From: a virus
DNA: 64,000 nt
Direction: 5' to 3' (one strand)
IMG/VR virus record: IMGVR_UViG_3300017527_000160
Coordinates: 35,916-99,915 of that record
The notes under the pieces were generated by a model, which was not told the origin of the DNA, searched no databases, and worked only from the letters and a program-made list of their open reading frames with translations. This document shows, piece after piece, positions 1-11,400 of the stretch (its first letter is position 1; each line of letters starts with the position of its first letter). A program made the position numbers and the translations under genes.

Positions 1-256
1 ACGATCTCAAAGAGCTTCCGATACAGTACCTGAAATACGGGCTGAATCTACTGGCATGAATCAACCTGCCGCTAACTATTATCCTAATATTCAACTGAAC
101 GCTCCTGGTCAAGGTAGAACCAGTGTTAAGGCAGCTGCTGCACCAAGATCAAGAAGTACTCCTAAAACACCACCAAACCTTCATCGTAGGAATTTTAGAA
201 AAGATGGTGGGGAAGCTAAAGACTTTCTGAAGGACTACGTTTTAAGAAACTTGTAA
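1..256 (+). CDS. 3' end of a low-complexity (putative virion) protein, truncated by the window edge
   Basis: The frame is open from position 2 (RSQRASDTVPEIRAESTG) into the 56..256 ORF and ends ...FRKDGGEAKDFLKDYVLRNL, with a GG motif like the following genes. Confidence 0.65.
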   Translation, partial: RSQRASDTVPEIRAESTGMNQPAANYYPNIQLNAPGQGRTSVKAAAAPRSRSTPKTPPNLHRRNFRKDGGEAKDFLKDYVLRNL

Positions 257-270
257 CCGGATAAACCTCG

Positions 271-278
271 TATATTTG
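271..278 (+). promoter_or_regulatory. Bacteroidota-type -7 promoter box (TAnnTTTG)
   Basis: TATATTTG in the intergenic gap upstream of the 320 ORF. Confidence 0.4.
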
Positions 279-319
279 ACGGTTATGTCGGAGAAATTTC
301 TTATATTTAATATAATAGC

Positions 320-2998
320 ATGCTTATGAAAAGGAAAGTGAGAATCAGTAAACCGTGTATGGATTGTGGAGGAAGTGTTCCTCATATGAATACAGGTGGT
401 GTAAATCCTATGGAAGCACAACAGCAAGCTCCAGTGAAAGAGAGCGCTGTAGGAATGTGTACTGGTACTAATTTCGGAGGACCTGGTTGTCCAAAAGGAT
501 CTCAACAATATGAGATAGCTTTAAAGTTCCGTAAAGAAGAAGCTCTTCAGAAAAAGAAAGAAATAGATTCTGTTGCAGAACAGGGCGCAAATATTGACAG
601 TGTTACTGGTAAACGGAACGCAGCTTTCAAAGATCATATAGCAAGAAACACTACTAACGTTATGGCTGAAGAGGAGATGATCCGTGCCATAACGCAACCG
701 CAACATCAGATGCCTGATGGTACAATGATGCCAGGTGCACAGCACATAAGTCAGTACGGTGGTGTTCCTGAATTTGTTGTAGGTGGAAACATGGGTCCTC
801 AAACTCAACAAGAATGGAACGATTCCAATAAGTTTGGTCAGGCTAAGTTTGATCAACAATTTGGCATCCCTATGGAAAAGATAACTCCTAAACCTGTTGT
901 TACAGATGTCGAAGCTATAATAGATGCTGGACAATTTGGAGATCAGTCTGGACAACAAGGGCTTGCGAATGACACCGACCTAGCGAAGACTACAGTCAAA
1001 AGAAAGAGCGGGTTACTGAATAACTTAAAGAATGCTTTTGGTCCTAATGGACTTGCTTTAGACGCTATAGCACAGTTTGGAGAAAATAGAACTGAACCTG
1101 ACTTTGCGGCAATGATGGATGCTACTACACATGCTGATCAAGCTTTCACATCAAGCAGAGATGTTGATAGAGGTGCAATCGGCTTTAATGATTTTGGATT
1201 AGCGAGAGGTGCTGATGATTTTGGTGTTGCTCAGTTTAAAGGAACAGCACCAAGAAACATAAGTAAGTATGGTGGAGTTCCTAAGTTTGAGTATGCTGGT
1301 CAACCCAACTTTGGTTATAAAGGCAACGAGCAAACTAACATGTTGATAAAAGCTCAACAAGAAAAAGAGCAAGGTAACCAAATCTGGGGACAGATGGCAG
1401 ATAACTTTGCTAATGCTGATTTGAGTGATCAATGGAAAACAAAAACCAAAGTAATCGATAACGATCCTAATGATGGTATCGATACTAAGGGTTGGTACAA
1501 AGACTATAATAAAGCTTATAAAAAAAATTACAATAACAGTATGGATAATAATATGTTTGCTAATATGTTCGCTAAAATGATGATGGGTGGACAGAACTTA
1601 CCACAAAGAGCACCAGGCGGACCTGGTCAAGATATTCCTTGGTATGCTGCAGGATGGGCTGCCGATAAAGAGATGCTTGGTAATCTATTTGGTTATGATA
1701 ACAGCATGGAACAAAGAAGGATTAATGCAGCCAATACTCCAGAAGCAACTAGAGTTTCAAATCCAGGCAGATATAATACTCCTGTAGTTCACGATGCAGC
1801 TTATGATGAAAACATGGCCGCTGCTGCTGAACGAAAAGAACATGAAGATCTTATAGCAAGAACTACTGCAGAAAGAGATGCGAATGTTTCTGCTACAGAA
1901 CGAAAAAGACAATTGTTTAACATTGCCCGACAACAAAAAGCTGCAAATGCTCCAGAAGGTGCTGATGCAATAGAAGAAGCTAGACAACAAAGAAATACTA
2001 ATAGCGATTCTAGAAGTACTACTACATCTGAAAAAGATGCTGCGGAAACAACTACTGCGAAAGAGGAGGCGGTAACTGAAGGTAACTACACTCCACCTGA
2101 AGAAACAACAGAAGGTGAAACAGTGACAGATCCTCATGGTAATGTAACGTTTGTTCAACCTAACAGAGGTCAAGCACCTATTGCTACTGACTACAACTAC
2201 TTGAGTAAGATCAACATGAGAGCTAATCCTTTCAGAAGAAAAGGTCATCAAAGAGTGAAGAGTTATGAGTTCACACATGGTATACGTGGTAACGGTCAAC
2301 CTGCTGCTCCTACTGATGGAGGTGGTGCTGGAGGATTTGATCCTAATAACATCACTCCTGAAGAGATGACCATGCTTACAAATATGATGAACGCTAAGAA
2401 GAGTGAAGCTAATGCTGTAGATGCTACCACGGATAACACAATGAATTATGAAGATGCCATGGCTCAACAATATGCGGGCATGCCTCAGATTGATAAGAAC
2501 GGTTTTCCTATTGCACAACCAGCTCCCGATGATATAAGTAACTTAAGTGGTCAATCTACTGGAGACTATGCTGATTATAAAAGATATGGCGGAGATAACA
2601 TGTATGCTGTAGGTGGTCCTGAAGGTGGTTACGGTACTCCAGGATATGGTGTTCCGGATGTTACTCCTCAAGCTGCTCCAGTTGCCCCATGGTTTGTTCA
2701 AGATCAAGCAACCATGGCTGATGCAATGAGGAATAGACCTATGAACGGTCCATCTAATGTAGAACGTGCTGAACTTATGACACCACGACCAACTATAGGT
2801 GCTGAACCTACGGATATAGCTAAACGTGAGTATATGGATAAACTGAACGAGTTTGAAAATAGACAGCGGGCTAATATGTTTGCTCCAACCAAACAATATG
2901 GTGGTGATGCAATGTTCCAAGAGGGTGGTGAGTACGATATGACTCCTGATCAAGTTGCAGCATTCTTACAAGCAGGTGGTCAAATAGAATATATTTAA
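320..2998 (+). CDS. Low-complexity putative virion/cargo protein with repeated YGGxxx[FY]xxGG motifs (start may be ATG 326)
   Basis: 892-aa ORF rich in Q/G/M/N/A, located in the structural module; four copies of the motif. Confidence 0.7.
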   Translation: MLMKRKVRISKPCMDCGGSVPHMNTGGVNPMEAQQQAPVKESAVGMCTGTNFGGPGCPKGSQQYEIALKFRKEEALQKKKEIDSVAEQGANIDSVTGKRNAAFKDHIARNTTNVMAEEEMIRAITQPQHQMPDGTMMPGAQHISQYGGVPEFVVGGNMGPQTQQEWNDSNKFGQAKFDQQFGIPMEKITPKPVVTDVEAIIDAGQFGDQSGQQGLANDTDLAKTTVKRKSGLLNNLKNAFGPNGLALDAIAQFGENRTEPDFAAMMDATTHADQAFTSSRDVDRGAIGFNDFGLARGADDFGVAQFKGTAPRNISKYGGVPKFEYAGQPNFGYKGNEQTNMLIKAQQEKEQGNQIWGQMADNFANADLSDQWKTKTKVIDNDPNDGIDTKGWYKDYNKAYKKNYNNSMDNNMFANMFAKMMMGGQNLPQRAPGGPGQDIPWYAAGWAADKEMLGNLFGYDNSMEQRRINAANTPEATRVSNPGRYNTPVVHDAAYDENMAAAAERKEHEDLIARTTAERDANVSATERKRQLFNIARQQKAANAPEGADAIEEARQQRNTNSDSRSTTTSEKDAAETTTAKEEAVTEGNYTPPEETTEGETVTDPHGNVTFVQPNRGQAPIATDYNYLSKINMRANPFRRKGHQRVKSYEFTHGIRGNGQPAAPTDGGGAGGFDPNNITPEEMTMLTNMMNAKKSEANAVDATTDNTMNYEDAMAQQYAGMPQIDKNGFPIAQPAPDDISNLSGQSTGDYADYKRYGGDNMYAVGGPEGGYGTPGYGVPDVTPQAAPVAPWFVQDQATMADAMRNRPMNGPSNVERAELMTPRPTIGAEPTDIAKREYMDKLNEFENRQRANMFAPTKQYGGDAMFQEGGEYDMTPDQVAAFLQAGGQIEYI

Positions 2999-3009
2999 AA
3001 GTAATAAGC

Positions 3010-5355
3010 ATGAAGGTTAAGATAACTAAAGTACCGAACAAGAGGCACGGAGGAACCAACGGAAGCGCTACGCAAATGCACAGCGGTCAACAAACTCCTC
3101 CTACTGATGCTATGGCTGACCCACGTACTGGGAAGTTCCATGGTGGGAATACTCCTGAGATCCAGATTAACAGAACTCTGAAACCTACTTCAAGAGAGAA
3201 CGCTACTTTGGAAGCTGAGAAAGGTGAGACTGTTATAACGAACTTGCAACAGGATGGTATACCTGAGTTCTATAAGATTGGCGGTAAGCCTCACTCAAGA
3301 GGTGGTACTCCATTGAATCTGCCGAAGAGTTCTTTTATCTTCTCTAAGGATAAGAAACTTAAGATCAAGGATCCTGATGTTCTAAACATGTTTGGTAAGA
3401 CTGGTAAGGCTGCGAAGAAAGCTTATACTCCAGCTGACCTATCGAAGAAATATGACATTAATTTCTACAGAGAAATCTTAGCCAATCCATTTTCAGATAA
3501 GCTTCAAAGAGAAACTGCTGAGATGATGATTGCTAACTACAATCTAAAACTAGGTGCATTAGCACTGACACAGGAATCTATGAAAGGATTTGATGCAGGT
3601 ATACCTGAAGTTGCTCAACCTTATATGGAAGCAGTGGGTATTTCTCCTGATGATCTTATCTTATCCGAGCCTCCTGCTCAAGAACAGTTACAACAGTTTC
3701 AAGGTGGTGGTGCTTATATGGGTGCTCCTTCTTCTAAGAGAGTTCGTATTAAGAGTTTACCTCGATTTGATAATGGTGGACCAGGTGATAAGAAAGCTCC
3801 TAAAGTATCTAGTAAACCTACAGCTAAACAGAACATACCTAAAGGTGCTGTTCAATGGGATCCTAAAGCAGACGGTTATGATCCAAGTAAAGTTAAAGAA
3901 GGTCACTATATCATGAAAGATGGTAGATGGCGTAAAGTAACTGGTTACAAGAAAGCTGAATACCAAGGTGACTTTAAAGATGAGAAGCTTGGTGATTGGA
4001 GTGATGATTACGGAATGCTTGTAGAGACATTTGAAAAAGATGATGCTCTTATGGATGCTATGTACACTAAGTACATGGCGACTCTGAATAAGACTCAACC
4101 AGGAAGGAACTTAACCCAAGCACAAATAGACGCTGCTAAACAGTTAAGTCCTGAAGAAGTATGGGAGAACTTCAAGTATAAGCAGAAGTCTAACTTCGCT
4201 GTACAAAATCAACTAGGTGATCTTAGTGAAGCTGATAAAAAAGATTTATGGGATAGTAATCCTAAACTAGCTGCAGAGGCTGCTGATAAAGCTGGCTTCC
4301 CTGCGTTAGATACAGAACACATTGCTGCTTTCCAAGCTGCTTACATTGGTATGAATGAACTTAGTAATGACCCTGAGTTTAAGGATAAACTGAAAAACTT
4401 CGGTATGATCCAAACTGGTAGAGGTGATGAGCAAGTATCTGGTACAGGTGAGGGAACAATCTCACAAGTAGATGGTTGGGATGGTAACACAACATCAGGA
4501 CAAGTTATGGTTCCTATAGCATCAGAGATGATGACTGAAGATGTTGCTGATATTAAAGCTGATCCTGAAGTAGTAACTCCGGAAGTTAAACATCTGGCTG
4601 AGACTAAAGCTCAAGAACGTACTCCGTTCTGGACTGAAGATAACATGAACGTGGCTAGAGATTTCGGTAACTTGATGTCCGTTAAGAAGTATAGACCGTG
4701 GCAAGCTACACCAGCGTTCGAGACAGCTGATCCAGCATTCGTAGATTTCAGAGGTGCTGCTAATAGATTAGCTGCTAACACAGCGGGTCTTGCAAAAGGA
4801 GCTTCTAACTTTGGCCCGGGAACATATGGTACTCTTGCTAGTAACGTACAAGGTCAAATGGCTAATAACATATTGAAGTTACAAGAACAGGAAATGGCTA
4901 AGAATGTTGACACGGCAAATAGATTCGAGTTAACTAACACTGCTGCTATCAATGCATACAATCAACAGAAAGCTGCTCAAGACACTAAGCTTTGGGATAA
5001 GAATGCAATCATGAATCAGCAGTTCGATAACTCTAAGATGGCTCTTAGAAATAACTTAGCGAACAGCATGAGAGACAGGTGGACTAATAGAGGGAAGACT
5101 CAGAATCTTAACCTTATGTCTGACCAATTTAGCATCGATCCTCTTACTGGATTCAAAACGTTTACTGGAGATAATAGAGATATTGACCCTGCTCAACAAG
5201 GTACAGCGCTTACAGATCTTGCTACTACAATTAAGAACGAGAATGCTGGTATGACGTACGATGAAGCATTGAAATGGGCTAAGGCAAACAAGGGCATACA
5301 AACACCACAGCTTCCTGTAGGAGTTAATTATCCGGGTGCTGCACCAACCACATAA
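3010..5355 (+). CDS. Putative virion (internal/cargo) protein
   Basis: 781-aa ORF, Cys-free by eye; EAEKGE...GKPHSRGG segment; N/Q/A-rich C-terminus typical of ejected proteins. Confidence 0.7.
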   Translation: MKVKITKVPNKRHGGTNGSATQMHSGQQTPPTDAMADPRTGKFHGGNTPEIQINRTLKPTSRENATLEAEKGETVITNLQQDGIPEFYKIGGKPHSRGGTPLNLPKSSFIFSKDKKLKIKDPDVLNMFGKTGKAAKKAYTPADLSKKYDINFYREILANPFSDKLQRETAEMMIANYNLKLGALALTQESMKGFDAGIPEVAQPYMEAVGISPDDLILSEPPAQEQLQQFQGGGAYMGAPSSKRVRIKSLPRFDNGGPGDKKAPKVSSKPTAKQNIPKGAVQWDPKADGYDPSKVKEGHYIMKDGRWRKVTGYKKAEYQGDFKDEKLGDWSDDYGMLVETFEKDDALMDAMYTKYMATLNKTQPGRNLTQAQIDAAKQLSPEEVWENFKYKQKSNFAVQNQLGDLSEADKKDLWDSNPKLAAEAADKAGFPALDTEHIAAFQAAYIGMNELSNDPEFKDKLKNFGMIQTGRGDEQVSGTGEGTISQVDGWDGNTTSGQVMVPIASEMMTEDVADIKADPEVVTPEVKHLAETKAQERTPFWTEDNMNVARDFGNLMSVKKYRPWQATPAFETADPAFVDFRGAANRLAANTAGLAKGASNFGPGTYGTLASNVQGQMANNILKLQEQEMAKNVDTANRFELTNTAAINAYNQQKAAQDTKLWDKNAIMNQQFDNSKMALRNNLANSMRDRWTNRGKTQNLNLMSDQFSIDPLTGFKTFTGDNRDIDPAQQGTALTDLATTIKNENAGMTYDEALKWAKANKGIQTPQLPVGVNYPGAAPTT

Positions 5356-5381
5356 ACATATGAGGTTTGGTAAACTTATAT

Positions 5382-5389
5382 TATTTTTG
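5382..5389 (+). promoter_or_regulatory. Bacteroidota-type -7 promoter box
   Basis: TATTTTTG 19 nt upstream of ATG 5409. Confidence 0.3.
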
Positions 5390-5408
5390 ACAAAGTAAAA
5401 GAAAAAAC

Positions 5409-8400
5409 ATGGCTACTTATTTACAAGGCGTAACAGACTATATTCCACAGGTACAACCGTTTGCACCTGATTTTAACTTCTACGCAAAGTCTTTGCAGTT
5501 CAGCCAAGGAAAGCATGATGCTGCTAGAAAACAACTAAGTAATATATATGGCTCGCTTTTGAACGCTCCTCTTACTAGAGAAGATAACACTGAGGCTAGA
5601 GATAAATTCTTCAAGACAATAGACCAAGACATCCAAAAGATGGCGGGCATGGATTTATCATTGAATCAAAACGTACATGCTGCCAAAGGGGTGTTCAACC
5701 AGATGCTTGATAACAAAGCTATTGTTAAAGATATGGTTTGGAGTAAGCAATGGCAGGGACAAATGAGGAAGTCTCAAAGCTTTAAGAACTGTGTGGATCC
5801 AGAGAAATGTGGTGGAGCATGGTGGGAAGGTGGAGACAAAGCTCTACAATATAATAGACAAGAGTTCATGAACGCTAGTGCGGAAGATGCTATGGGTATG
5901 GGTGTTCAAGAGTTTGTATCATACCAAGATGTTACCAAGAGAGCGCTTGCAATGGCGAAGGAAGCTGATTTGAATGTATCGATTGACCAAGTTACAGGTC
6001 AGTGGATCACTACTACTAAGAATGGACCTCAACTAATCGGGAAACAACTACAGAGTCTTTTCATGGGTTCTATAGGTAAAGATCCAAAGGTTAAGCAGTA
6101 CTATGAAACTAAAGCGTCCAATCAAAGAAAGGATTTTATGTACGGTAATAAAGACCAGTATGGTTCTTTAGAAGCTGCAGAACAAGCATACTTACAAGAA
6201 GTTACACCTACACTTGAAAAGTACTATGGTGAAAAGAAAGTTGAGTTAGAAGATGCTGTTGCTCAAAATGAGAAGAAAGTTAAGAAGATCAATGAGGCTA
6301 TAGAGAATGCTCCTGCTGATAAGAGATCTGAGATGGAAAAGTTACGTGATGAACTTCAGGGCAGAGGTAAGCTATACGATTCATCCCTAGAGGATGTAAC
6401 AGAGAATGAAGGTCAGGTTGCTGTAGCACAACGTAATCAAAGATATTCAGGACGACAAGCGGATGCCATGCTTGCAGGCATAGATTTACATAATGAGATA
6501 GGTAAAGCTGCTGAAGTGATGTCGTATAGAAACTACGAACAAAGTGTAGCGGTTAATCCTTACGGCATGGAAGCTGTTCAACAAAGGAATCGATTAAAGT
6601 TTGAGGCGCTGAAGCAACACAATAGAAAAGAATTAGAGCGGTATAAGCTTACAGCTAAAGGTGAATATGAGAATATGATTGCAACTGGTGGAGCTGAAGC
6701 AAACAATGCTCAAACTATAACGGATGTTGCAGGGTCTTCTGCTGTAGGTAACATGGATCCTGCATCAGCTGAATATAAGAGCAGGGTCATGAATCAGTTT
6801 TCAGAAGAACGTGATGAACACAGGATTGATGTAAGTGGTAATGAACTTAGTCTTATTGAACAAACTTTACAACATGTTACAGGAGCTGCTGAAGGTGGTG
6901 ATGCTCAAGCAAGAGAAGATTATGTTAACATATTTAATTCATTCAATGCCGCTGTACGTTCTAGTGAAGAAAATGTACGAGAGAATGGTGCAGAATGGGC
7001 AGATACATGGAATGAACTTGATGCAATGAAACTGCAACAAATTGCTTTAGCTGTAGAGAAAGCCAACACAATAGATGAAAAGTATGCCATAGCTAAACAG
7101 TACAAAGCTAATTGGAAAGATATGGTTTCAGGTGGTCAAATAGATATGTTCTATGAAAAAGGGGTTATGCCACTTTTAGATAGAAACAAAGGTAACGATG
7201 CATTGAGAGATTACTTATCTCCAGTATACGCACTTAATCAAAAGAGCATGCTTGCTATTGAAACTAAGAAGAAAGGTTTAGAGTTAATGGATTCATGGGT
7301 TGCAGATAATCATGAGTCAGTTATGACTGGTGTTAATGGAGATGGTAGATATACTAAAATGGATAGACATGCTCTTCAGTCTTATGTAGATGATAAAGGT
7401 CATGTTGTACCAGAAGATGTATTCATTGCTAACATGATGAAGAAAGGTTATACTGAACAACAAGCTGTTAACAAATTTAGAGGAGATGTTGAAAGTCCTT
7501 ATTCAGGTTGGCTGAGTAGAGAAACTCAGATAGGTTTGGATTACGTAATGGGTGGATTTGGTGAGAGTGGGCAGGAGAACGCAGAAAAATACTTAAGACA
7601 AGAACGTTTATCAAAAGGACGTGGTATCCATAGTTTATGGACTGAAGCTTTTTCACAACATGCTAATCCAGAAGGTGATCAAGCTTGGTTAGGTCTTACT
7701 GGAGCAGGTGATCTGACAGCTATGGGTCAACGTTACAGTACTGTAGATCCTGCGCAATATAAGAGTATCGGTACAATGGGTATTAACGGGGCATTGAATG
7801 ATGCTTTGAATAGTAAAAATGCTATCTTCAGATATGGTGGTTTTGAAAATACCATACAAGAAGATATTGCTGATGTAAGGAACTTAGCGGATCAGTTACG
7901 TATTGATATGGGAACAATGACCAATCCTAAAACTGTTGCTAGACCTATGTTAGATGTGACAAGCGTTCAGGTTGCTGGAGGAAACAGTGATTATATGGCA
8001 GTCAATGTTAAGATGAGTGAGATGTACAGAAAGAAATATAAAGGAAGTGAAAACTCTCCAGGGATAATGGGTCAACAACTTTTATCCAATGAAGGGTTCA
8101 CTATGTATATTCCAAAGAATGAAGCTACTAACTTATTCTATACAGGTTCACAGAAGACAGTATACGAACAAGCAATGAACTGGAAGAAAGAGATACCGTT
8201 TGATGCTTATCCTAACTACTTTAAAGATACTAAGCTAACTAGTACTCCTAGTGGAGCATATAAGTTTGCAGGATACGGTAAAGTAACTAACGAAGATGGT
8301 ACTACTAAATGGGAGTACTTTCAAAAAGAAGTACCGTACAGTAAAGATTTAAACGGTATTGTAGATACCTACACTAAGTGGCAGTCAGAACATGCTGCCT

Positions 8401-8456
8401 TAAACATGGCAGGTGAAGAACAGATTCGTTTAAATAATCAACATCAAAATCAATAA
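5409..8456 (+). CDS. Large virion/ejection protein
   Basis: 1015-aa helical ORF with a coiled-coil segment, first of the giant genes preceding the virion RNAP, as in crAss-like gene order. Confidence 0.7.
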   Translation: MATYLQGVTDYIPQVQPFAPDFNFYAKSLQFSQGKHDAARKQLSNIYGSLLNAPLTREDNTEARDKFFKTIDQDIQKMAGMDLSLNQNVHAAKGVFNQMLDNKAIVKDMVWSKQWQGQMRKSQSFKNCVDPEKCGGAWWEGGDKALQYNRQEFMNASAEDAMGMGVQEFVSYQDVTKRALAMAKEADLNVSIDQVTGQWITTTKNGPQLIGKQLQSLFMGSIGKDPKVKQYYETKASNQRKDFMYGNKDQYGSLEAAEQAYLQEVTPTLEKYYGEKKVELEDAVAQNEKKVKKINEAIENAPADKRSEMEKLRDELQGRGKLYDSSLEDVTENEGQVAVAQRNQRYSGRQADAMLAGIDLHNEIGKAAEVMSYRNYEQSVAVNPYGMEAVQQRNRLKFEALKQHNRKELERYKLTAKGEYENMIATGGAEANNAQTITDVAGSSAVGNMDPASAEYKSRVMNQFSEERDEHRIDVSGNELSLIEQTLQHVTGAAEGGDAQAREDYVNIFNSFNAAVRSSEENVRENGAEWADTWNELDAMKLQQIALAVEKANTIDEKYAIAKQYKANWKDMVSGGQIDMFYEKGVMPLLDRNKGNDALRDYLSPVYALNQKSMLAIETKKKGLELMDSWVADNHESVMTGVNGDGRYTKMDRHALQSYVDDKGHVVPEDVFIANMMKKGYTEQQAVNKFRGDVESPYSGWLSRETQIGLDYVMGGFGESGQENAEKYLRQERLSKGRGIHSLWTEAFSQHANPEGDQAWLGLTGAGDLTAMGQRYSTVDPAQYKSIGTMGINGALNDALNSKNAIFRYGGFENTIQEDIADVRNLADQLRIDMGTMTNPKTVARPMLDVTSVQVAGGNSDYMAVNVKMSEMYRKKYKGSENSPGIMGQQLLSNEGFTMYIPKNEATNLFYTGSQKTVYEQAMNWKKEIPFDAYPNYFKDTKLTSTPSGAYKFAGYGKVTNEDGTTKWEYFQKEVPYSKDLNGIVDTYTKWQSEHAALNMAGEEQIRLNNQHQNQ

Positions 8457-8459
8457 AAG

Positions 8460-11400
8460 ATGGCTGAAGAAAATAGCAGTACTCCTGTATCAGATCTGGA
8501 TAATGTAGATTCAAGTAGTTTTTTACCTAAAGGTTTGCCGCCACTGGAAATGGATCCCGAGTTATCTTCTTACTTAGTAGAACAAGGGGTAATAGAAGCA
8601 CCTACTGAACCTAGTGTTAAACCTGGTAGTGGTCAATCAATGCGTGATAGCTTGTTTGATTTTCAAACAGCTGACTTAGGTATTGCTACAGATCCATTCA
8701 AAATGGGTAAAGAGGTTCATGCTGATTTTCGTAACCCTCATAATCAGAATCAATTCTATGAAAGGTATGCTTCTCATAGTGAGTTTGAGAACTTAGGTTT
8801 CAATCCGTTCAGAGATAACGAAGCGCTGTATAATGAGAACTCTAATATGTTCGAGGAACTTGGTAGATCATTCGGTCAGTGGACTGGATTGGTAGGTCTT
8901 GGTTTCAAAGATGCTGCTGGCTTTGGGGATTTAACTGATAGAGATAATGCCGCAGAGATGGAACGTGCTATGGCTGTAGGTTCATCTTCTAAAGGTGGTT
9001 TTACTGGTTTCACTAATAACTTATTTTTAAACTCAGGATACACTGTTGGTATTATGGGTGAGCTTGCTTTGGAAGAAGTAGGAATGCTTGGTGTAGAAGC
9101 TGCTCTCGGTATAGGTACTGTAGCTACAGGTGGTGCTGCTGCTCCAGCATTAGCGGCAAACACTGGACTGATGGCTAGTAGAGCTGCCAGAGCTTTCGGT
9201 AAGATAAAGACCGCACTTGGTGCTAGTTACAGTTTGAGTAAACAGCTTGGTAATCTAAAAGACATTAACAAGGCTAGATCCATGTGGAGTAAAGGTCTTG
9301 GTAAAGCAGGAAAGATAATTAACCCTTTTGAAAATACTGTAGACCTTTATCGTAATAAAAGTAAACTGGATCATCTTAACAAATGGCAAAAGACATACAA
9401 AGGTTTTGCTGAGATGTATAAGGATGTTAGAAACTTCCGTTTGGCGTGGGGTGAAGGTGCTCTTGAAGGAGGTATGATTCAAAATCAAATGGAGCGTGAA
9501 CTCCTGGCTGATTTTAGAGCAGAGAATGGACGTGGTCCTAACGAAGAAGAAGGTCAGGAGATTATAGATACAGCAAGACGTGCGGGTGTTACAACATCTG
9601 TTATCAATATGCCAGTCATCATGCTGTCCAATAAACTTGTGTTTGATGGATTACTTGGTCGTGGTAGATTTAAAAATCTTTATGCTGATGTTATTGAGAC
9701 AGGTCATGCAGGAAAAATAATATTTAAGCCGGGTGTTAAAGGAGCGAAAGCTTATAACAAAATGGCTACAGGTCTACAAGGTAGATGGGACTATATAAAG
9801 AGCCCTCGAATGTGGGCTGCAGGTGCTGCGAAGTATGGTAAGGCAAACATTGCTGAAGGTCTTCAAGAGGTTTTTCAGGAAACGATAACTGGTGCTTCTG
9901 AGGATTACTATGGTGCCATGTATAGAGGTGATGCTAATCGTGGCGGATATATGTCTTCTATAGTAGGTAATCTTGTTAAACAAGTAGGCCCGCAAGGTCT
10001 TGAGACTTTCATGTCAGGGTTCTTGATGGGAGGTATGGTTGGTCCTGTCTCTACTGGAGTGGGTAACATAACTCAAGCTATCGGTGGTAACTCAGCAGGT
10101 TTTGCTGACAGTCGTGCGGGTAAAATTGGTACTGCTATAGGTAACCAATTTACTAAGATGAGTAAGGGTCAAGAAGCTTATCAGAAAAAAGTAGATGAGC
10201 AGACGGATCAAGCTACTAAAAGAAATACAAAGCTTGAGAAAGATATAGAAACACTGAATGAGTTCTATGAAGATCCTACAAAATACTTTTCACCTGAACT
10301 AGAAAACCTCGTATCGCAAAAGGCATACAAAGAAGCCATGGATGAGGCTGAAAAGAGAGGTGACAAAAGAATGTTCCATGATATGGCTGACAGTGCAGAG
10401 ACCAAGCATGTCATGACAGCCTTGAAGTATGGTAGACTAGATGGTCATATCACTAGAATGGAAGAGATGAAACAGTTCAGTGCAGAAGAATTTAAAACTC
10501 TGAACACAGAACTATCTCAAGAAGACTTTAATTTTAAAATAGATGCTTCAATAGATCGTGCTAAGAAGATTCAATCTACTTGGGACTATGCATCAAAGAA
10601 ATTTCCAAATCCTTTTACTCCGTATAAATATAGACCTGGTACAGATAAGTTCAAGGAAGAAGCTATGAAACAAGTTGTTTGGAATAATGCTATCGAAGAG
10701 ATGGTGTTCCAACAAGAAAGTTTTAATAGAGCCCTAGAAAGACAACAGTCTATTTATCAAAACATACATGAAACTGCAGGTTTAAAGAAGATGTCTACTA
10801 GCGATATCAATGTATTGTTTGATGAGCAAAGTGTTTTAAGTGAGATAGGGCTTTTAAAAATGGAGCTGGAAGGTAACGAAAATACTGTAGGATTAAAACA
10901 ATCAGAAGCTTTGACACCTGATATGAAGCAGATGATTGCTAAGAAAGATGCTAAACTTAAAGCACTCGAAGCATATGATAAAGCTTTAAAAGAATTTAAA
11001 AGTTCTAAAACTGAAGAGGTTGATGAACCTACAGTTAATGCTTTACATAAAGCATATAAAGAGTACATGTCTGTTATGGCAGAGCAAAGTGGTGAACACC
11101 TTAATGTAGATAAGCTTGATGCTTCTTTCGAGGCTTTGGCTGATTCACATTTGTTAACGGCTAGAGCAGGTGATTTGAACAGAGCTGTTAATATCCTATC
11201 AGACCCTAAGAACTTTCTCTCAATGGTTGATAGAAAGAATGCTCGAATAAAAGTTCTTTATGATAATAGAGAGGTTGAAATAAGAAAATCATTAGAGGAG
11301 TTCAGAAAATTAGCTGAGAAAAATGAAATGCTTAACAGGCTATACGACGAAGGTATGTTCTTCGATCCTAAAGATCTTGCTCTACTAGAGAGTGAAGGGA

